From positions 1,722 through 65,721 of the forward strand of contig CAVWZA010000008.1 in NCBI GenBank assembly GCA_963759405.1: a DNA stretch of 64,000 nucleotides. Reading direction: 5' to 3'. The notes beneath the pieces were generated by a model. The model saw only the letters and a program-made list of their open reading frames with translations. It was not told the origin of the DNA and did not search any database. The translations under genes were made by a program, and so were the position numbers. The stretch is from an uncultured Chloroflexia bacterium. GTDB lineage: Bacteria > Chloroflexota > Limnocylindria > QHBO01. This document shows, piece after piece, positions 18,289 through 33,125 of this stretch (positions are counted from its first letter, which is position 1; every line of letters starts with the position of its first letter).

Positions 18289-20757
18289 ATGCCCGACGCC
18301 GCCACCACACCCGTTCCGCACCTCACGCCCAAGGAGATCCTGGCTCGCCTGAACGAGCCACAGCGCGAGGCGGTCAGTCACCTCTCCGGCCCGCTCCTCA
18401 TCCTGGCGGGCGCCGGCAGCGGGAAGACGCGGGTGCTCGCTCACCGCGTCGCCTACCTCGTCGCCACGAGCTACAAACCGTGGCAGATCGTGGCCGTCAC
18501 CTTCACCAACAAGGCGGCCGGCGAGATGCGCGAGCGGATCGCCGGGCTCATCGGCGAGGAGGCGGCGCGCGAGGCGACCATCGGCACCTTCCACTCCATC
18601 TGCGCCCGGATCCTGCGGCGCGACGGCGCCGCCATCGGCCTCACCCGGAGCTTCACCATCTACGACCGGGCCGACCAGGTGGCCCTGGTCAAGGCGATCC
18701 TGCGCCGGCTGGACCTCGACGAGAAGCGCTTCAGCCCGGCCGGCATGCTGGCCTGGATCGGGCAGCGCAAGGACGAGCTCGCCGATGTGGCGACCGCCAC
18801 CCGCCAGGCGGCGAACTACTACGACGAGACGGCGGCGAAGGTGTACGAGGCCTATCAGCGCCAGCTCGGCGAGGACGACGCGGTCGACTTCGACGATCTC
18901 CTGATGCGCGCCGTGTTCCTGTTCGAGCAGCACCCGGACGTGCTGGCGAAGTACCAGGGCCGCTGGCAGCAGATCAACGTCGACGAGTACCAGGACACCA
19001 ACCGCGCCCAGTACCTGCTCTGCCGTCACCTGGCAGCCAAGCACCGCAACCTGGCCGTGGTCGGCGACGACGACCAGAGCATCTACTCCTGGCGGGGGGC
19101 CGACCTGCGCAACATCCTCGATTTCGAGGCGGACTATCCCGACTGCAAGGTCGTGAAGCTGGAGCAGAACTACCGCTCCACGCAGACCATCCTGGACGCC
19201 GCCCACGCGGTCGTCAGCCGCAACGCCGGCCGCAAGGACAAGAAGCTGTGGACCGATCGCGGCAGCGGCGCGCAGATCACGCTGTTCGACGCCTACAACG
19301 AGTACGAGGAGGCCGAGTTCGTCGCGCGCCAGGTCGAGAAGCTGGTGGGTGGCGCCGGCCGCGGCTCGATGACCCGCCTGCTGACGAGCCGGGCCGACGA
19401 CGAGGACGGCTCGCTGCGCTACGGCGACATCGCCATCGCGTACCGCATCAACGCCCAGAGCCGCGTGATCGAGGAGTCGTTCATGCGGTTCGGGATCCCG
19501 TACCAGCTGGTGGGCGGCACCCGCTTCTACGAGCGCCGCGAGGTCAAGGACGTGCTCGCCTACGTCCGGCTGGCGCGCAATCAGGCCGATCGCGTGGCGC
19601 TTGGCCGAATCATCAACGTGCCGGCGCGCGGCATCGGGGCGAAGACGGTCGAGGAGCTCGGCGCGTGGGCGGAATCGCGCGACGTCAGCATGTTCACCGC
19701 GGTCGAGCAGGCCGGTCAGAACCCGAACCTGGCGCCACGGGCGCGCGCCCAGCTGGCCGTCTTCGCCGATCTCATGCGTGGGCTGATTGCCATGGCCGCC
19801 ACCGAACCGCCCTCGGCGATCTTCGATGCAGCGCTCGAGCGCTCCGGCCTTCAGGCGGCCATCCAGGACGGCACCGACGAGGGCGAGGAGCGCTGGGCGA
19901 ACGTCATGGAGCTGCGCAACCACGCGGCCGAGTTCGACGAGATCGCCCCGCCGGAGGGGCTCGCCCGCTTCCTCGAGGAGGTGGCGCTCGTCAGCGACCA
20001 GGACGAGCTCGACGAGCTGCCCGACCGGGCGACGCTGATCACGCTCCACGCGGCCAAGGGGCTCGAGTTCCCGGTCGTCTTCATCGTCGGCATGGAGGAG
20101 GGCCTGCTGCCGCATCGGCGCGCACTCGAGGACGAGCGCGAGCTCGAGGAGGAGCGTCGCCTCGCCTACGTGGGAATGACGCGCGCCAAGGATCGGCTCT
20201 ACCTGGTTCACGCCCACCATCGGTCCACCTACGGCGTCGGCGCCCAGTCCGATCCGTCGCGCTTCCTGTCCGAGCTCCCCGAGGAGCTGCTGGCCTCCGA
20301 GCGCTCGGCGGCGCCCTTCCGGCGCGGCGGCGACTGGCCACGCGGGACCGATGACGAGGGCGGCTGGCTGCCGGGCGGCTACCGCTCGCCGACCCGCCGC
20401 GTGAACGAGCCCCTGCGCCCCATCTCGCTGCCCGACATGAGCGCGCCGCCGGCTCCGCGGCCCGTCGGCCGGCAGCTGGACGCCGTCCGCCAGCGCGTCG
20501 CGTCGGCGAACTACACCGGGGCGGGCGCGGTCGACCTGGGAAGTGGCACGTTCTCCGCACCCGGCGCCGGGGACGCGCTCGGCGCCGAAGAGGATCCGGC
20601 GTGGAAGGCCGGCGATCGCGTGAAGCACCGCCGCTTCGGTGACGGGATCGTGGTCAGCAGCCGGATCGTGAAGGGCGACGAGGAGGTGACCGTCGCCTTC
20701 GTCGGCGAGGGCGTGAAGCGCCTGATCGCCGCCTACGCCGGGCTGGAACGCGCATGA
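18289..20757 (+). CDS. pcrA: ATP-dependent DNA helicase PcrA/UvrD family
   Basis: Intact 822-aa ORF. Contains LNEPQREAV, AGAGSGKTRVL, VDEYQDTN, YRST, LITLHAAKGLEFPVVF and RLAYVGMTRAK, plus a C-terminal GDRVKHRRFGDGIVV Tudor-like end. Confidence 0.95.
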   Translation: MPDAATTPVPHLTPKEILARLNEPQREAVSHLSGPLLILAGAGSGKTRVLAHRVAYLVATSYKPWQIVAVTFTNKAAGEMRERIAGLIGEEAAREATIGTFHSICARILRRDGAAIGLTRSFTIYDRADQVALVKAILRRLDLDEKRFSPAGMLAWIGQRKDELADVATATRQAANYYDETAAKVYEAYQRQLGEDDAVDFDDLLMRAVFLFEQHPDVLAKYQGRWQQINVDEYQDTNRAQYLLCRHLAAKHRNLAVVGDDDQSIYSWRGADLRNILDFEADYPDCKVVKLEQNYRSTQTILDAAHAVVSRNAGRKDKKLWTDRGSGAQITLFDAYNEYEEAEFVARQVEKLVGGAGRGSMTRLLTSRADDEDGSLRYGDIAIAYRINAQSRVIEESFMRFGIPYQLVGGTRFYERREVKDVLAYVRLARNQADRVALGRIINVPARGIGAKTVEELGAWAESRDVSMFTAVEQAGQNPNLAPRARAQLAVFADLMRGLIAMAATEPPSAIFDAALERSGLQAAIQDGTDEGEERWANVMELRNHAAEFDEIAPPEGLARFLEEVALVSDQDELDELPDRATLITLHAAKGLEFPVVFIVGMEEGLLPHRRALEDERELEEERRLAYVGMTRAKDRLYLVHAHHRSTYGVGAQSDPSRFLSELPEELLASERSAAPFRRGGDWPRGTDDEGGWLPGGYRSPTRRVNEPLRPISLPDMSAPPAPRPVGRQLDAVRQRVASANYTGAGAVDLGSGTFSAPGAGDALGAEEDPAWKAGDRVKHRRFGDGIVVSSRIVKGDEEVTVAFVGEGVKRLIAAYAGLERA

Positions 20758-21214
20758 CGGACGACGCCGCCACGCTGGCGAACGAGCTGACCAGCGCGCG
20801 TGCAGACTTCCTGGCAGCCCTCGAGACCGTCGATCCGACGGCGCCGCGCGTGGTTGGCGAATGGAGCGCGCGCGAGCTGGTCGCGCATCTCGGCTACTGG
20901 GCGGGGCACGCGGTTGAGGTGATCCACGCCGTGGAGACCGGCCGGGCGGCCGAGGTGGGCGTCGATGAGCCTTCCGTCGATGAGCGCAACGAGACCGTCG
21001 CGCGCGTCGCGCGTCAGACCGACCTGGCCACGGCGCGCAAGCGCGAGGCCGCATCGGCGCAGGCCTTGCTCGACCGCCTGGCCGTGATCGACCGTCGTTG
21101 CTCTCCCAGTCCCTCCCCGACGGCGCCACGCTCGCGCAGGGCATCCGGGAGGACGGCTCTGAGCACTATCGCGAGCACACCGCCGATCTGCGGTCGACGG
21201 TCGAGAGCCGATGA
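20754..21214 (+). pseudogene. DinB/MDMPI-N-like four-helix-bundle protein, copy A; frame break near 21090
   Basis: The ATG overlaps the pcrA stop (ATGA). WSARELVAHLGYWAGHA, and the end ...DGSEHYREHTADLRSTVESR* (third frame, stop 21212-21214), parallels copy B. Confidence 0.65.
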
Positions 21215-21700
21215 GCCGCACCCAGGACCTGCTGGCCGAGCTCGCGGCCGAGCACGATGCCTTCGTGACCGCCCTCGAGGCGGTCGACCTCGAGCTGGTG
21301 ACGGCTCCCGGCGTCGTGGAGGACTGGAGCGTCCGCGATCTCGTCGTGCACGTTGCGTTCTGGGCGGAGCACGCCACGGATGCCCTGCGCCTGGCGACCG
21401 AGGGCCGCGGTGACGAGTTCGCCTACGACACGTCGCAGACCGATGCGATGAACGCGCGGCTGCTGGAGGAATCGCGTCTGACCACGCCGGACGCCGCTGT
21501 CGAGCGTGAGGAGCGCGCCTACGAGGGCCTCGCCGCGGCGATTTCGGCGCTCGACCCGGCGTTGCTCGACGTGCGGCTCGGGAACGGCGACACCGTGGCG
21601 GAGGTGATCGGCTACGACGGGCCCGAGCACTATCGTGAGCACACCGCTCACCTGCGCGCCTGGTTCAGCGAGGACGACGAAGAGGATCCGCCGGACGCCT

Positions 21701-21702
<2 letters not shown>
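21211..21702 (+). CDS. DinB/MDMPI-N-like four-helix-bundle protein, copy B
   Basis: Intact ORF with an ATGA overlap to copy A. WSVRDLVVHVAFWAEHA...GPEHYREHTAHLRAWF. Confidence 0.7.
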
Positions 21703-24521
<2,819 letters not shown>

Positions 24522-24522
<1 letters not shown>

Positions 24523-25006
24523 TGCTGCCCTCGGTCCGCGACGCGACCGCGGCCGACGCGGAGGCGATCGCCGGAGTGGCGCGCGCCAGCTGGACCGATA
24601 CCTACCGGGACATCTTCGAGCCCGACTTCATCGAGAGGTTCCTCGGCGAGAACTACGCGACCCAGGCGCTCGCGGCCGCTGCCGAGCGGGCGGTCCCCCG
24701 CGATGACCAGCACTTCCTCGTCGCCGAGCGCGATGGAGCGGTCATCGCCTTCGCCCAGTACGGCGAGGGGCGGCGAGGTCCGGAGCTGTTCCGCATCTAC
24801 GCCGATCCCGCGCACTACGGCACCGGTGCGGGCTACGCGTTGCTCTCCGAGCTGCATCGGCGGCTGGCTGGGCGCGTGGAGGCCTACGTGCTCGACGTGC
24901 ACTCCCGCAACGAGCGCGGCCGCGCGTTCTACGACCGCAACGGCTTCGTCGTCGTGGGCGGTGGTGACACGCCTGATTGCGACCTCACGTTGCGCCGCAC
25001 CCTCGA

Positions 25007-25010
<4 letters not shown>
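24522..25010 (+). CDS. GNAT-family N-acetyltransferase
   Basis: ATG 24522 overlaps the osmC stop (TGATG). ...FRIYADPAHYGTGAGYALL (Q/RxxGxG/A-type acetyl-CoA loop)...RGRAFYDRNGFVVVG. Confidence 0.85.
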
Positions 25011-26244
<1,234 letters not shown>

Positions 26245-26248
<4 letters not shown>

Positions 26249-26664
26249 GCGACGTCGGGTCGCATCGTGTAGACGAGGCACTCGCCTCGGAGCACCTCCG
26301 TGCCATCGTCCCGGCGCGCGACGCAGCGGAGCCGCGTGATCGGCTTGTCGGCGCGTGCCTCGATGACCTCGGCCTCGGCGGTGACGGTGTCGCCGATGTA
26401 GACCGGTGCGGGGTAATCCCACTCCTGGTGCAGGAAGACGCTTCCCGGACCGGGCAGCTCCATGGCGACCAGCGCGTTGAACAGGCCGGTCGTCAGGCCG
26501 CCCTGCACCACGAGACGCCCGACGCGCGTGCCTTCGGCGAAGGCGGCGTCGAAATGGAGCGGGTTGCGGTCACCGCTGATGCCGGCGAACGCCTCGACGT
26601 CGGCCGCGGTGAAGGTCCTGGTCCAGGTTGCCCGCGCGCCGACGGCCGGTGGCGTCCAGCTCAT
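26245..26664 (-). CDS. MaoC-like (R)-specific enoyl-CoA hydratase / hot-dog fold dehydratase
   Basis: Intact ORF. FAGISGDRNPLHFDAAFA is the hydratase-2 motif. Confidence 0.9.
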
Positions 26665-27492
26665 CGGTCACCCTCCGCCAGGAATTCCTCGACCAGTCGG
26701 TCGTAGCCGGCGAACGAGCTTCGGACCGTGTGGCCGCAGTCGGGATCGGTCACCAGCAGCGCGTTGGGGATGCGATCGGCGACCAGCTGCGTGGAGGCGA
26801 GCGGCACGACCTGGTCCATCTCGCCGGCCAGGATGAGGGCCGGCACGGCGATCTCGCCCAGCCGATCGGTCACGAACGAGCTCGGATCGAGCGTTGCCTT
26901 CAGCTCGCCGATGAAGCGCTCCGGCGTCGCCGGCCGCGGCTGGAGGCGCGCCGCCGCGCCGAAGGCGCCGGATTCGGTCTCGGTGGCGGCCTTCATCTGC
27001 TGGGCCATCGTCGCGAAGAACGTGCCCCAGTCGCCGGCCTCGGCGAGCGTGATCCATCGGCGCATTCGCTCGGCCATCGGCGAGTCCGGCAGGCGTCTCG
27101 GACGACACCGCCGCCAGCACCAGGCGCTCGACCAGGTCGGGATGATCGACGGTGAGCCAGAGGCTGATGCGACCGCCACCCGACTCGGCCTCGATGGCGA
27201 CCGGCCCCAGTCCGACGTCGCGAAGCGTCGTGGCGATCCCGTCGGCGATGACCCGCGGGTGCATGATCCGCTCCGCATCGGCCGGATCGTCCGGGATCGG
27301 GCGGCCGAGGACGGTGACCGGGCGGCCCTGCGTCCGACCCTCCCAGCGGCGCGCGAGCACCTGCTGCGTGCCGGCCAGCGGGCGGAAGCCGGTCTCGACG
27401 CCGCCGAGCACCACCAGCGGTGTCCCGTTTCCCCCCGCGAGCGAGAACCATTCGATCCTCCCGCCGGGGATCGGGTGCGACGAAGTGGTCAT
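26661..27492 (-). pseudogene. Alpha/beta-hydrolase fold protein; frame break near 27095
   Basis: MTTSSHPIPGGRIEWFS...VAIEAESGGGRISL (GxSxG-like nucleophile elbow) in ORF 26668..27675. The C-terminal half ...ALILAGEMDQVVP...DPDCGHTV is in ORF 26661..27278. ATGA overlap with the MaoC gene. Confidence 0.8.
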
Positions 27493-27528
27493 CGGCCTAA
27501 TGCTGCCAGATGGCGCTACCATCGGCTC

Positions 27529-27828
27529 ATGGCAAGCATCAGCCGCGAGGACGTCGAGCACGTCGCCCACCTCGCCCGCCTCCACCTGACCGACGAGGAG
27601 GTCGACCGCATGCAGACGCAGCTGTCGAACATCCTCGAGGCGATCGAGACGCTGCAGCTGGTCGACACCAGCCACGTCGGGCCAACCGCGTCCGTCATCC
27701 AGCTCGAGAACGTGATGCGCGAGGACGAGGTGCGTCCCGGCCTGACGAGGGAGGCGGCGCTGGCCAATGCGCCGCTGCGCGACGACCCGTTCCTGCGCGT
27801 GCCGACCGTCCTGCAGGAGGGCCGGTGA
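27529..27828 (+). CDS. gatC: Asp/Glu-tRNA(Asn/Gln) amidotransferase subunit C
   Basis: [47 protein letters not shown] is the typical GatC sequence. Confidence 0.95.
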   Translation: MASISREDVEHVAHLARLHLTDEEVDRMQTQLSNILEAIETLQLVDTSHVGPTASVIQLENVMREDEVRPGLTREAALANAPLRDDPFLRVPTVLQEGR

Positions 27829-29331
27829 CGCTTCCGATCGCCGACCGCACCATCACCGAGCTGAGCGCGCTCCTCCACGACCGCCAGCTCAGCGCGCGCG
27901 AGCTCACCGATGCCTGCCTGGCCCGCATCGAGCGCGACGCCGAGCGGCTGAACAGCTTCCTGGCCATCGAGGCCGATGCGGCTCGCGCCGCCGCGGACAA
28001 GGCCGATGCGGCACTCGCCCGAGGCGACGGATCCGACCAGCCGCTGCTCGGGATTCCCTACGCGCTGAAGGACATCTTCGTCACCCGCGCGCTCGACGAC
28101 GAGGGCCGCGATCTTCCCGGCGGCCTGCCGACCACGGCCGGCTCCCGGATCCTCGCCGGGTTTCGGTCGCCGTTCGCCTCCTCGGCCCAGGAGCGCCTGG
28201 AGGCGGCCGGAGCGATCCTGCTCGGCAAGACGAACTGCGACGAGTTCGCGATGGGCTCGAGCAACGAGAACAGCGCCTACGGCCCGGTGCGCAACCCGTG
28301 GGACGAGACGACGGTTCCGGGCGGCTCGAGCGGCGGCTCGTCGGCAGCGGTGGCGGCCGGCCAGGCTGTCTTCGCGCTCGGAACCGATACCGGGGGCTCG
28401 ATCCGCCAGCCGGCGTCGCTGACCGGCACGGTCGGCATGAAGCCCACCTACGGGCGGGTGAGCCGATGGGGGATGGTCGCCTTCGCGTCCAGCCTCGACC
28501 AGTGCGGGCCCTTCGCCCGCTCGGTCCGGGACGTGGCGACCGTGCTGGGAGCGCTGGCAGGCCACGACCCGCGAGACTCGACCAGTGTCGACACGCCGGT
28601 CCCGGACTACGCGGCCGCGCTGACCGGCGACGTCAAGGGCCTGCGCCTCGGCGTGCCACGCGAGTACTTCGTGGCGGGGATGGAGCCCGGGCGTGGAGGT
28701 CGCCGTGCGCGCCGGGGTCGAGACGCTGCGCGGGCTTGGGGCTGAGATCGTGGACGTCAGCCTGCCGTCAACGGATCGCGGGCTGGCGACGTACTACATC
28801 ATCGCCCCGGCCGAGGCATCGGCAAACCTGGCTCGCTTCGACGGCGTCCGCTACGGGCTCTCCGCCGGCGCCGACGAGATCTGGGAGAACTACACCCACA
28901 CCCGCGGCGCCGGCTTCGGCCCCGAGGTCAAGCGACGGATCATGCTCGGCACCTACGCGCTGTCGGCCGGCTATTACGATGCGTACTATGTCAAGGCGCA
29001 GCAGGTTCGTACGCTCATCAAGGCCGAGTTCGACGACGTCCTGGACACGGTCGACGCCATCCTGGCGCCGACCTCACCGAACGTGGCCTTCAAGATCGGC
29101 GCCAAGGTCGACGACCCGCTCGCCATGTACCTGAACGACGCCTGCACCCTGCCGGTCAACATCGCCGGGCTGCCCGGCATCAGCGTGCCGTGCGGGCTCT
29201 CCGACGGCCTCCCGGTCGGGCTCCAGGTCATCGGCCGGGCATTCGACGAGGCCACCATCCTGCGTGTCGCCGATGCCTACGAGCGCGCCGCCGGCTTCGC
29301 CGACCTGCGGCCACCGACAGCGCATGACTGA
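27825..29331 (+). pseudogene. gatA: Asp/Glu-tRNA(Asn/Gln) amidotransferase subunit A; frame break near 28692
   Basis: GTGA overlap with gatC. Amidase signature [33 protein letters not shown]. The C-terminal third, starting [24 protein letters not shown], is in ORF 28693..29331. Confidence 0.95.
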
Positions 29332-29785
29332 CTGCATCTTCTGCGCGATCGTGGATGGCACCGGGCCCGCCGAGCGAGTGGCGGAGGACGAGCACACCGT
29401 CTCGTTCATGGACATCAACCCGGTCAACCCCGGTCACGTCCTGACCGTGCCTCGGCGGCACGCGGTCGACATCTGGGACCTGAGCGACGAGGAGGCGCGC
29501 AACCTGATGGCCGCGACGCGCCAGGTCTGCCACCAGCTACGAACGGCCCTCGCGCCTCCGGGCCTGGACCTCTTCGTCGCCAACGGCGAGGTGGGCGGCC
29601 AGATCGTGTTCCACGTTCACGTGCATTCGATCCCGCGCTGGCCGAACGACGCCTGGATCGACCCGTGGACGCCAACGCCCGGCGATCCCGCTGAGATTGC
29701 CGGTGTCGCGGACCGTCTGCGGGAGGCAGCGACATGCCTGAGATCAGCCACGTCCGCATCGTGGCACCGGACCAGGCAGGGTTGA
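29324..29785 (+). CDS. HIT-family nucleotide hydrolase/transferase
   Basis: [10 protein letters not shown]...[15 protein letters not shown]...HVHVHSIPR (HxHxHxx). The start overlaps the gatA end by 8 nt. The last roughly 17 codons overlap the next gene and may not be real. Confidence 0.88.
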   Translation: MTDCIFCAIVDGTGPAERVAEDEHTVSFMDINPVNPGHVLTVPRRHAVDIWDLSDEEARNLMAATRQVCHQLRTALAPPGLDLFVANGEVGGQIVFHVHVHSIPRWPNDAWIDPWTPTPGDPAEIAGVADRLREAATCLRSATSASWHRTRQG

Positions 29786-30315
29786 ACCGGATCCTTCGCG
29801 AACTGGGTGCCCAGAGCTTCCCGCAATGGATGTACGCCGAGCCTGGCGAACAGGCGCGCATCCTGTGGTGGGGCGTGCGTGCGGCTCCCGTTTCGTTCCT
29901 GGACATCCCGGCGGAGGACGACGCCCGCTTCGGGCTCTTTCCTCGGCCGGTCGACGACTGGACCGAGGCGCCGCGTGGCCTCGTTCTGGCAACCGTCGAC
30001 GTGGAGCGAGCCAAAGCGGACCTGGAGCCGGCCCTGGGATCGGATTGGCACGAGGTGGGCGACGACAGGATCCTCGGCGCGCACTGCTGGCGCATGACGC
30101 TCGATCGCAGCGAGCTCGTGCTGGCCGAGCCGATCGCCGAGGGCTACACGGCGGCCTGCCTCGCGCACCTCGGCGAGGGACCGATCGCGGTCGCGCTCGA
30201 CGGTGCCGCCCCCACAGGACATGCCGTACCGACGAATCCGATCGAGGATGGCCCAGCCACCTACGCGCGCATCGGTCCGGGAACCAGCCCAACGCTCATC
30301 TTCCTGGCTCGGTGA
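29734..30315 (+). CDS. Hypothetical protein, possibly glyoxalase-like/VOC fold
   Basis: Intact 193-aa ORF with normal codon and composition pattern. The fold call rests only on a weak beta-alpha-beta-like pattern ([10 protein letters not shown]...LVLATVDVERAKADL). Confidence 0.5.
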   Translation: MPEISHVRIVAPDQAGLNRILRELGAQSFPQWMYAEPGEQARILWWGVRAAPVSFLDIPAEDDARFGLFPRPVDDWTEAPRGLVLATVDVERAKADLEPALGSDWHEVGDDRILGAHCWRMTLDRSELVLAEPIAEGYTAACLAHLGEGPIAVALDGAAPTGHAVPTNPIEDGPATYARIGPGTSPTLIFLAR

Positions 30316-31133
30316 CGGATCGGGACCACGGCGCTGCCGTAGAGGCGTGGCGTACGCAGCGCTATGCCAACCTGCGCCGGGAGATCGGCTGGCTCACCCT
30401 TGCAGGGCTCGACTGGCTGCGGCCTGGCGCAAACCGGATCGGTACCGCGCCCGACGCGGAGATCGTGCTGCCCTCAGGTCCGCCCCATGCCGGCACGCTG
30501 ACCCTGGCCGGAGGAGAAGTGCGGGCCGATGGCACGCCCGATGGCCTGTCGATCGCCGGCGAACGGGTCTCGGGCCTGCCGTTGGTGAACGACGAGGAGG
30601 GGAAACCGACGATGCTGGAGCTCGGTGCGCTTCGCCTCTGCCTGATCGAGCGCGGGGGCCGGATGGCCGTTCGCACGTGGGATACCCAGGCGGCCGCCCG
30701 CCGCGAGTTCGAGGGGATCGATCACTGGGCATTCGACCCCGCGTGGCGCCTCGAGGCCCGCTTCGAGGCGACGCCGGGCCGCACGATCCGCGTGCCCGAC
30801 GTGCTCGGCACCGACGAGGACGACGAGTCGCCCGGCGACGTGGTCTTCGAGCTCGATGGCGTGACGCATCGGCTCCAGGCCCTGCCGGGTGGCGACTCCG
30901 GCGAGCTGTGGCTCGTGTTCGGGGACGCGACGAACGGCCACGAGACGTACGGTGGCGGCCGGTTCCTGTACACCGGCGCACCCGACGCCAACGGCCGTGT
31001 GACCGTCGACTTCAACCGCGCCTACAACCCACCCTGCGTGTTCAGTCGATTCGCGACCTGCCCGCTGCCGTGGCCCGCCAACCGCCTGCCGATTCGGGTC
31101 GAGGCCGGCGAGCGCAACTGGGACCGCCACTGA
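30312..31133 (+). CDS. DUF1684-family protein
   Basis: GTG 30312 overlaps the previous stop (GTGA). ...GHETYGGGRFLY...DFNRAYNPPCVFSRFATCPLPWPANRLPIRVEAGE matches my recollection of the DUF1684 C-terminal signature. Confidence 0.78.
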   Translation: MTDRDHGAAVEAWRTQRYANLRREIGWLTLAGLDWLRPGANRIGTAPDAEIVLPSGPPHAGTLTLAGGEVRADGTPDGLSIAGERVSGLPLVNDEEGKPTMLELGALRLCLIERGGRMAVRTWDTQAAARREFEGIDHWAFDPAWRLEARFEATPGRTIRVPDVLGTDEDDESPGDVVFELDGVTHRLQALPGGDSGELWLVFGDATNGHETYGGGRFLYTGAPDANGRVTVDFNRAYNPPCVFSRFATCPLPWPANRLPIRVEAGERNWDRH

Positions 31134-31144
31134 GCCAGGCAGCC

Positions 31145-32320
31145 ATGAGATTCGGTCTAGACCTCCCTCCACAACGACGGGTGTACGGAGGGTTCCTGAT
31201 CTACTCCTTCTGCCTTGGGAGCCTCTTCCCGCGCCTGCCCGACATCAGGGCTGCGCTCGGCGTGGCTGAGGGCGCGCTCGGCCTGTCGCTGATCGGCACG
31301 GCGGTCGGGACGCTCATCTCGCTGACCTTCGCCAGCCCGGTGATCGAGCGGATCGGCTACCGGCGAAGCATCCTGGTCCTCATCCCGCTGGTCTCGCTCT
31401 TCTATGCCCTCGCGACGCTGGCAACCAATCCCGCGTCGCTGTTTCTCCTCTTGCTGCCCGCCGGGCTCTGCATCGGCGCGATCGAGATCATCCTCAATCT
31501 CGAAGCGGACCGAACAGAGCACCAGATCGGCCACCGCATCATGAATCGGGCACACGGATTCTGGAGCTTCGGCTTCTTCTCGTCCGGATTGCTGGGAGCC
31601 TTCATCGCCCAGCTCGGGGTCAGCCCGCAGGTCCACCTCTTCTCGATGATCCCGCTGGTAGTGATCGGAACCGTGCTGGTCCTCGGGCGCTTCGACCCCG
31701 CGCCGCACCGCACGGGTACATCGACCAAGGCCGCACCGCGGTTCGCTGCGCCGACACTTGCCATCCTGGTGCTGGTTGCCGTCACGCTGTCCGCCTTGAT
31801 TCTCGAGGGCGCCGGCGCCGATTGGTCAGCGATCTACATGACCGACGAGTTCCGCGTCACACCGTTTCTCGCCGGTTTCGCCGTTGCGCTCGGCGCGCTG
31901 ACTCAGGCCGTGACGCGCTTCTTCGCGGACGGTTTCGTGGAGCGCTACAGCCCGGTGCATGTGGCGCGAGCCCTCCTCTCTGTGCTCGGGCTGGGTTGCC
32001 TTCTGGTCTTCTTCGCGACGACCGAGTGGATTGCCTTGCTCGGATTCGGCTTGATGGGCGTGGGCACCAGCGCCATCTTCCCGCTGGCCATGTCGGCTGC
32101 CGCGCAGAGAACCGACCGGTCCTCGGCGATCAACGTCGCTGCTCTGGCGCAGATCTCGTTCGTCGCGTTCCTGCTCGGCCCGCCGCTCCTTGGAGTTGTC
32201 GCCGAGCAGTACGGAATCCGTTGGTCCTTCGGCGTCTGCGTGCCGCTGATCGCGCTGAGCTTCCTCGCCGCCTCTGCGCTGGACGAGAGGCCCATCTCGC
32301 ACGACTCGAGTGAAGCCTGA
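31145..32320 (+). CDS. MFS transporter (391 aa)
   Basis: ATG 31145 within ORF 30203..32320. About 12 TM helices over the whole length. Confidence 0.85.
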   Translation: MRFGLDLPPQRRVYGGFLIYSFCLGSLFPRLPDIRAALGVAEGALGLSLIGTAVGTLISLTFASPVIERIGYRRSILVLIPLVSLFYALATLATNPASLFLLLLPAGLCIGAIEIILNLEADRTEHQIGHRIMNRAHGFWSFGFFSSGLLGAFIAQLGVSPQVHLFSMIPLVVIGTVLVLGRFDPAPHRTGTSTKAAPRFAAPTLAILVLVAVTLSALILEGAGADWSAIYMTDEFRVTPFLAGFAVALGALTQAVTRFFADGFVERYSPVHVARALLSVLGLGCLLVFFATTEWIALLGFGLMGVGTSAIFPLAMSAAAQRTDRSSAINVAALAQISFVAFLLGPPLLGVVAEQYGIRWSFGVCVPLIALSFLAASALDERPISHDSSEA

Positions 32321-32376
32321 GGTCAGCACCCAGTGGCTGATGCTGCCTTCGTAGATCGGCTGGCGGCACTCGTGGC

Positions 32377-32997
32377 TTACGCGCGGTGTGCTTCAGCCGG
32401 GAAGTGACCCATCGCGACGAACGAGATCCACCCAATCGCGATGGCCATCGCTCCCATCACGATGAACGGCTGAGGAGGTCCAAGGAAGATCCCCCGGATG
32501 GCGAAGAGGAGATGGCCGCCGGCGACAGCCAGCGACACGACGAGCTTCCTCCTCGACGGCTGCTCGAGGATCGCTCGCGCGAGCCGTGCGCAGCCTGCCG
32601 CGAGGAGCCCGAAGCCGATCGTGAGCACCCAGGTCGCCTGCGAGCCGCCATTCGCCAGCGCCCCACTGCCCAGGTAGACCGCGTAGGCCCCCTCGAGTAG
32701 CGAGACGACTGCCCAGCTCCAACCGACCACCGATGCGGACCGCGGTCGCGGAGGGGCCGGGGCTTGCACGCCGGGCAGGCTCGATTCGACGCCACGAAAG
32801 TGGGCCAGTAGTGCCACGCGACCGCTGACGCCCAGCTTCACGTAGATGCTCGAGAGGTGTGACCGAACCGTCGCCTCACTGATTGATAGGTGCTCGGCGA
32901 TCTCCCGCGCCGGGACACCGGTCAGTGCCTGGTCGAGCACTGCCTGCTCCGCCGGTGTGAGCGCGGAGAGCTTGGCGATCGTGCATCTGGGAGTCAT
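32377..32997 (-). CDS. LuxR/GerE-type HTH protein with a C-terminal four-TM domain
   Basis: N-terminus LTPAEQAVLDQALTGVPAREIAEHLSISEATVRSHLSSIYVKLGV (GerE HTH), followed by four hydrophobic helices out to the C-terminus. Confidence 0.75.
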   Translation of the reverse strand: MTPRCTIAKLSALTPAEQAVLDQALTGVPAREIAEHLSISEATVRSHLSSIYVKLGVSGRVALLAHFRGVESSLPGVQAPAPPRPRSASVVGWSWAVVSLLEGAYAVYLGSGALANGGSQATWVLTIGFGLLAAGCARLARAILEQPSRRKLVVSLAVAGGHLLFAIRGIFLGPPQPFIVMGAMAIAIGWISFVAMGHFPAEAHRA

Positions 32998-33125
32998 CGG
33001 TGTCCATGCCGGAAAGTTTGGTCGCCCACGACCATGAACGCATCAGTCAAACCGAGGAATTCCCCCAGTCGGATCGATGAATCTATTCCGGCGAGATCGC
33101 GCCGTCGACACGAGCGGGTGGTGAG

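Noticed and set aside
18085-21144. 1019-aa ORF on the minus strand spanning the whole pcrA region
   Set aside because: It is antisense to an intact, motif-complete PcrA/UvrD gene. The translation is Arg/Ala/Pro/Gly-rich low complexity with no recognisable domain. Long antisense ORFs are expected at about 70% GC. The same applies to 21926..23545 (antisense to ligA), 13756..15198 (antisense to groEL), 46239..47963 (largely antisense to gatB), 4558..5613 and 5620..6804 (antisense to the glucosidase), and 7877..8953.
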